Below are positions 63,413-64,000 of a DNA stretch of 64,000 bases, piece after piece. How positions within the stretch are numbered: position 1 is the first letter of the stretch; each line of letters begins with the position of its first letter. The DNA lies in NCBI GenBank assembly GCA_043228905.1, contig JBHGNT010000004.1:4836001-4900000 (forward strand). Direction: 5' to 3'. The notes under the pieces were generated by a model. It ran no database searches. It was not told where the DNA came from and was given only the letters and a program-made list of their open reading frames with translations. Both the position numbers and the translations under genes were made by a program. This DNA is from Azolla caroliniana. Taxonomy: Eukaryota; Plantae; Polypodiophyta.

Positions 63413-64000
63413 TATATAAATTTTATTTTGTATTTTCAAAATTATTAAATTTTTTTTTATTTATTAAAAAATAAAAATAAAAATATGTTTTTAGACATGG
63501 TGCTTATTATAGAACCAAGCTTGTGCCTATTTTGGACATTGTTTGTGTTACTTAGCCTTGAGCAAAATGTCCTCAAAGTCGAATGAAAATTCTTTGTTTT
63601 CTATTGAGCCTTATTCTCAATCGAGGAATATAGCCATGTTAATAATAAAACGTGCCATGTTAAGACCAACGATGATCAAGAGCAAAGCTCGACGTCAATT
63701 TTTTCTATAGAGCCATTAAACTTAGGTAAAATAAGATATATTAAACTAGATACAACTCATGTCGAGTCTAGTTTATCGAATGTTAACGAAGACTGTGTCA
63801 ATAAGCCCCTAATTTTTCCCCTCGACAAGTGAGTGTTAAATAATATAATTTTTTGTGTTCGGATTGACAAATTTCAATTGACATATGCAAGGTATGTTGT
63901 GGGAGCCTTTGTCTATCAATAATTGGAAAGGCAAACTTGCGGGGGTTGTGACAAAAGTATTTGTCTCTCAATGGCGATGAACAAGATATATTCTTGATTG

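Overview
Eukaryotic land-plant nuclear DNA, probably from a non-seed plant. That is an inference from the AAGTATAAA variant of an 18S fragment, the retroelement types and a very long HD-Zip II protein. Only one intact host gene is visible: a 3-exon class II HD-Zip transcription factor, join(43469..44629,45366..45445,45591..46203), 617 aa, with two EAR-type motifs, a ZIBEL-like motif, homeodomain, leucine zipper and CPSCE motif. It lies in a gene desert of decayed mobile DNA. This includes a Ty3/gypsy element (1-6826) with two nested related LTRs, a hAT-type MITE with an 8-bp TSD, two tandem LINE 3' ends, a SINE-like element, further gypsy and copia remnants, and a gypsy LTR+PBS+gag at the right end. 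The most unusual structures are a 1.47-kb palindrome built from alternating smaller palindromes (58541-60013), a tRNA-Arg-like Pol III cassette inside a solo LTR (4278-4347), a permuted 18S rRNA 5' fragment (36610-36709) and a 120-bp TG...CA hairpin downstream of the gene (47753-47872). All analysis was by eye with no searches run, and much AT-rich intergenic DNA could not be assigned.
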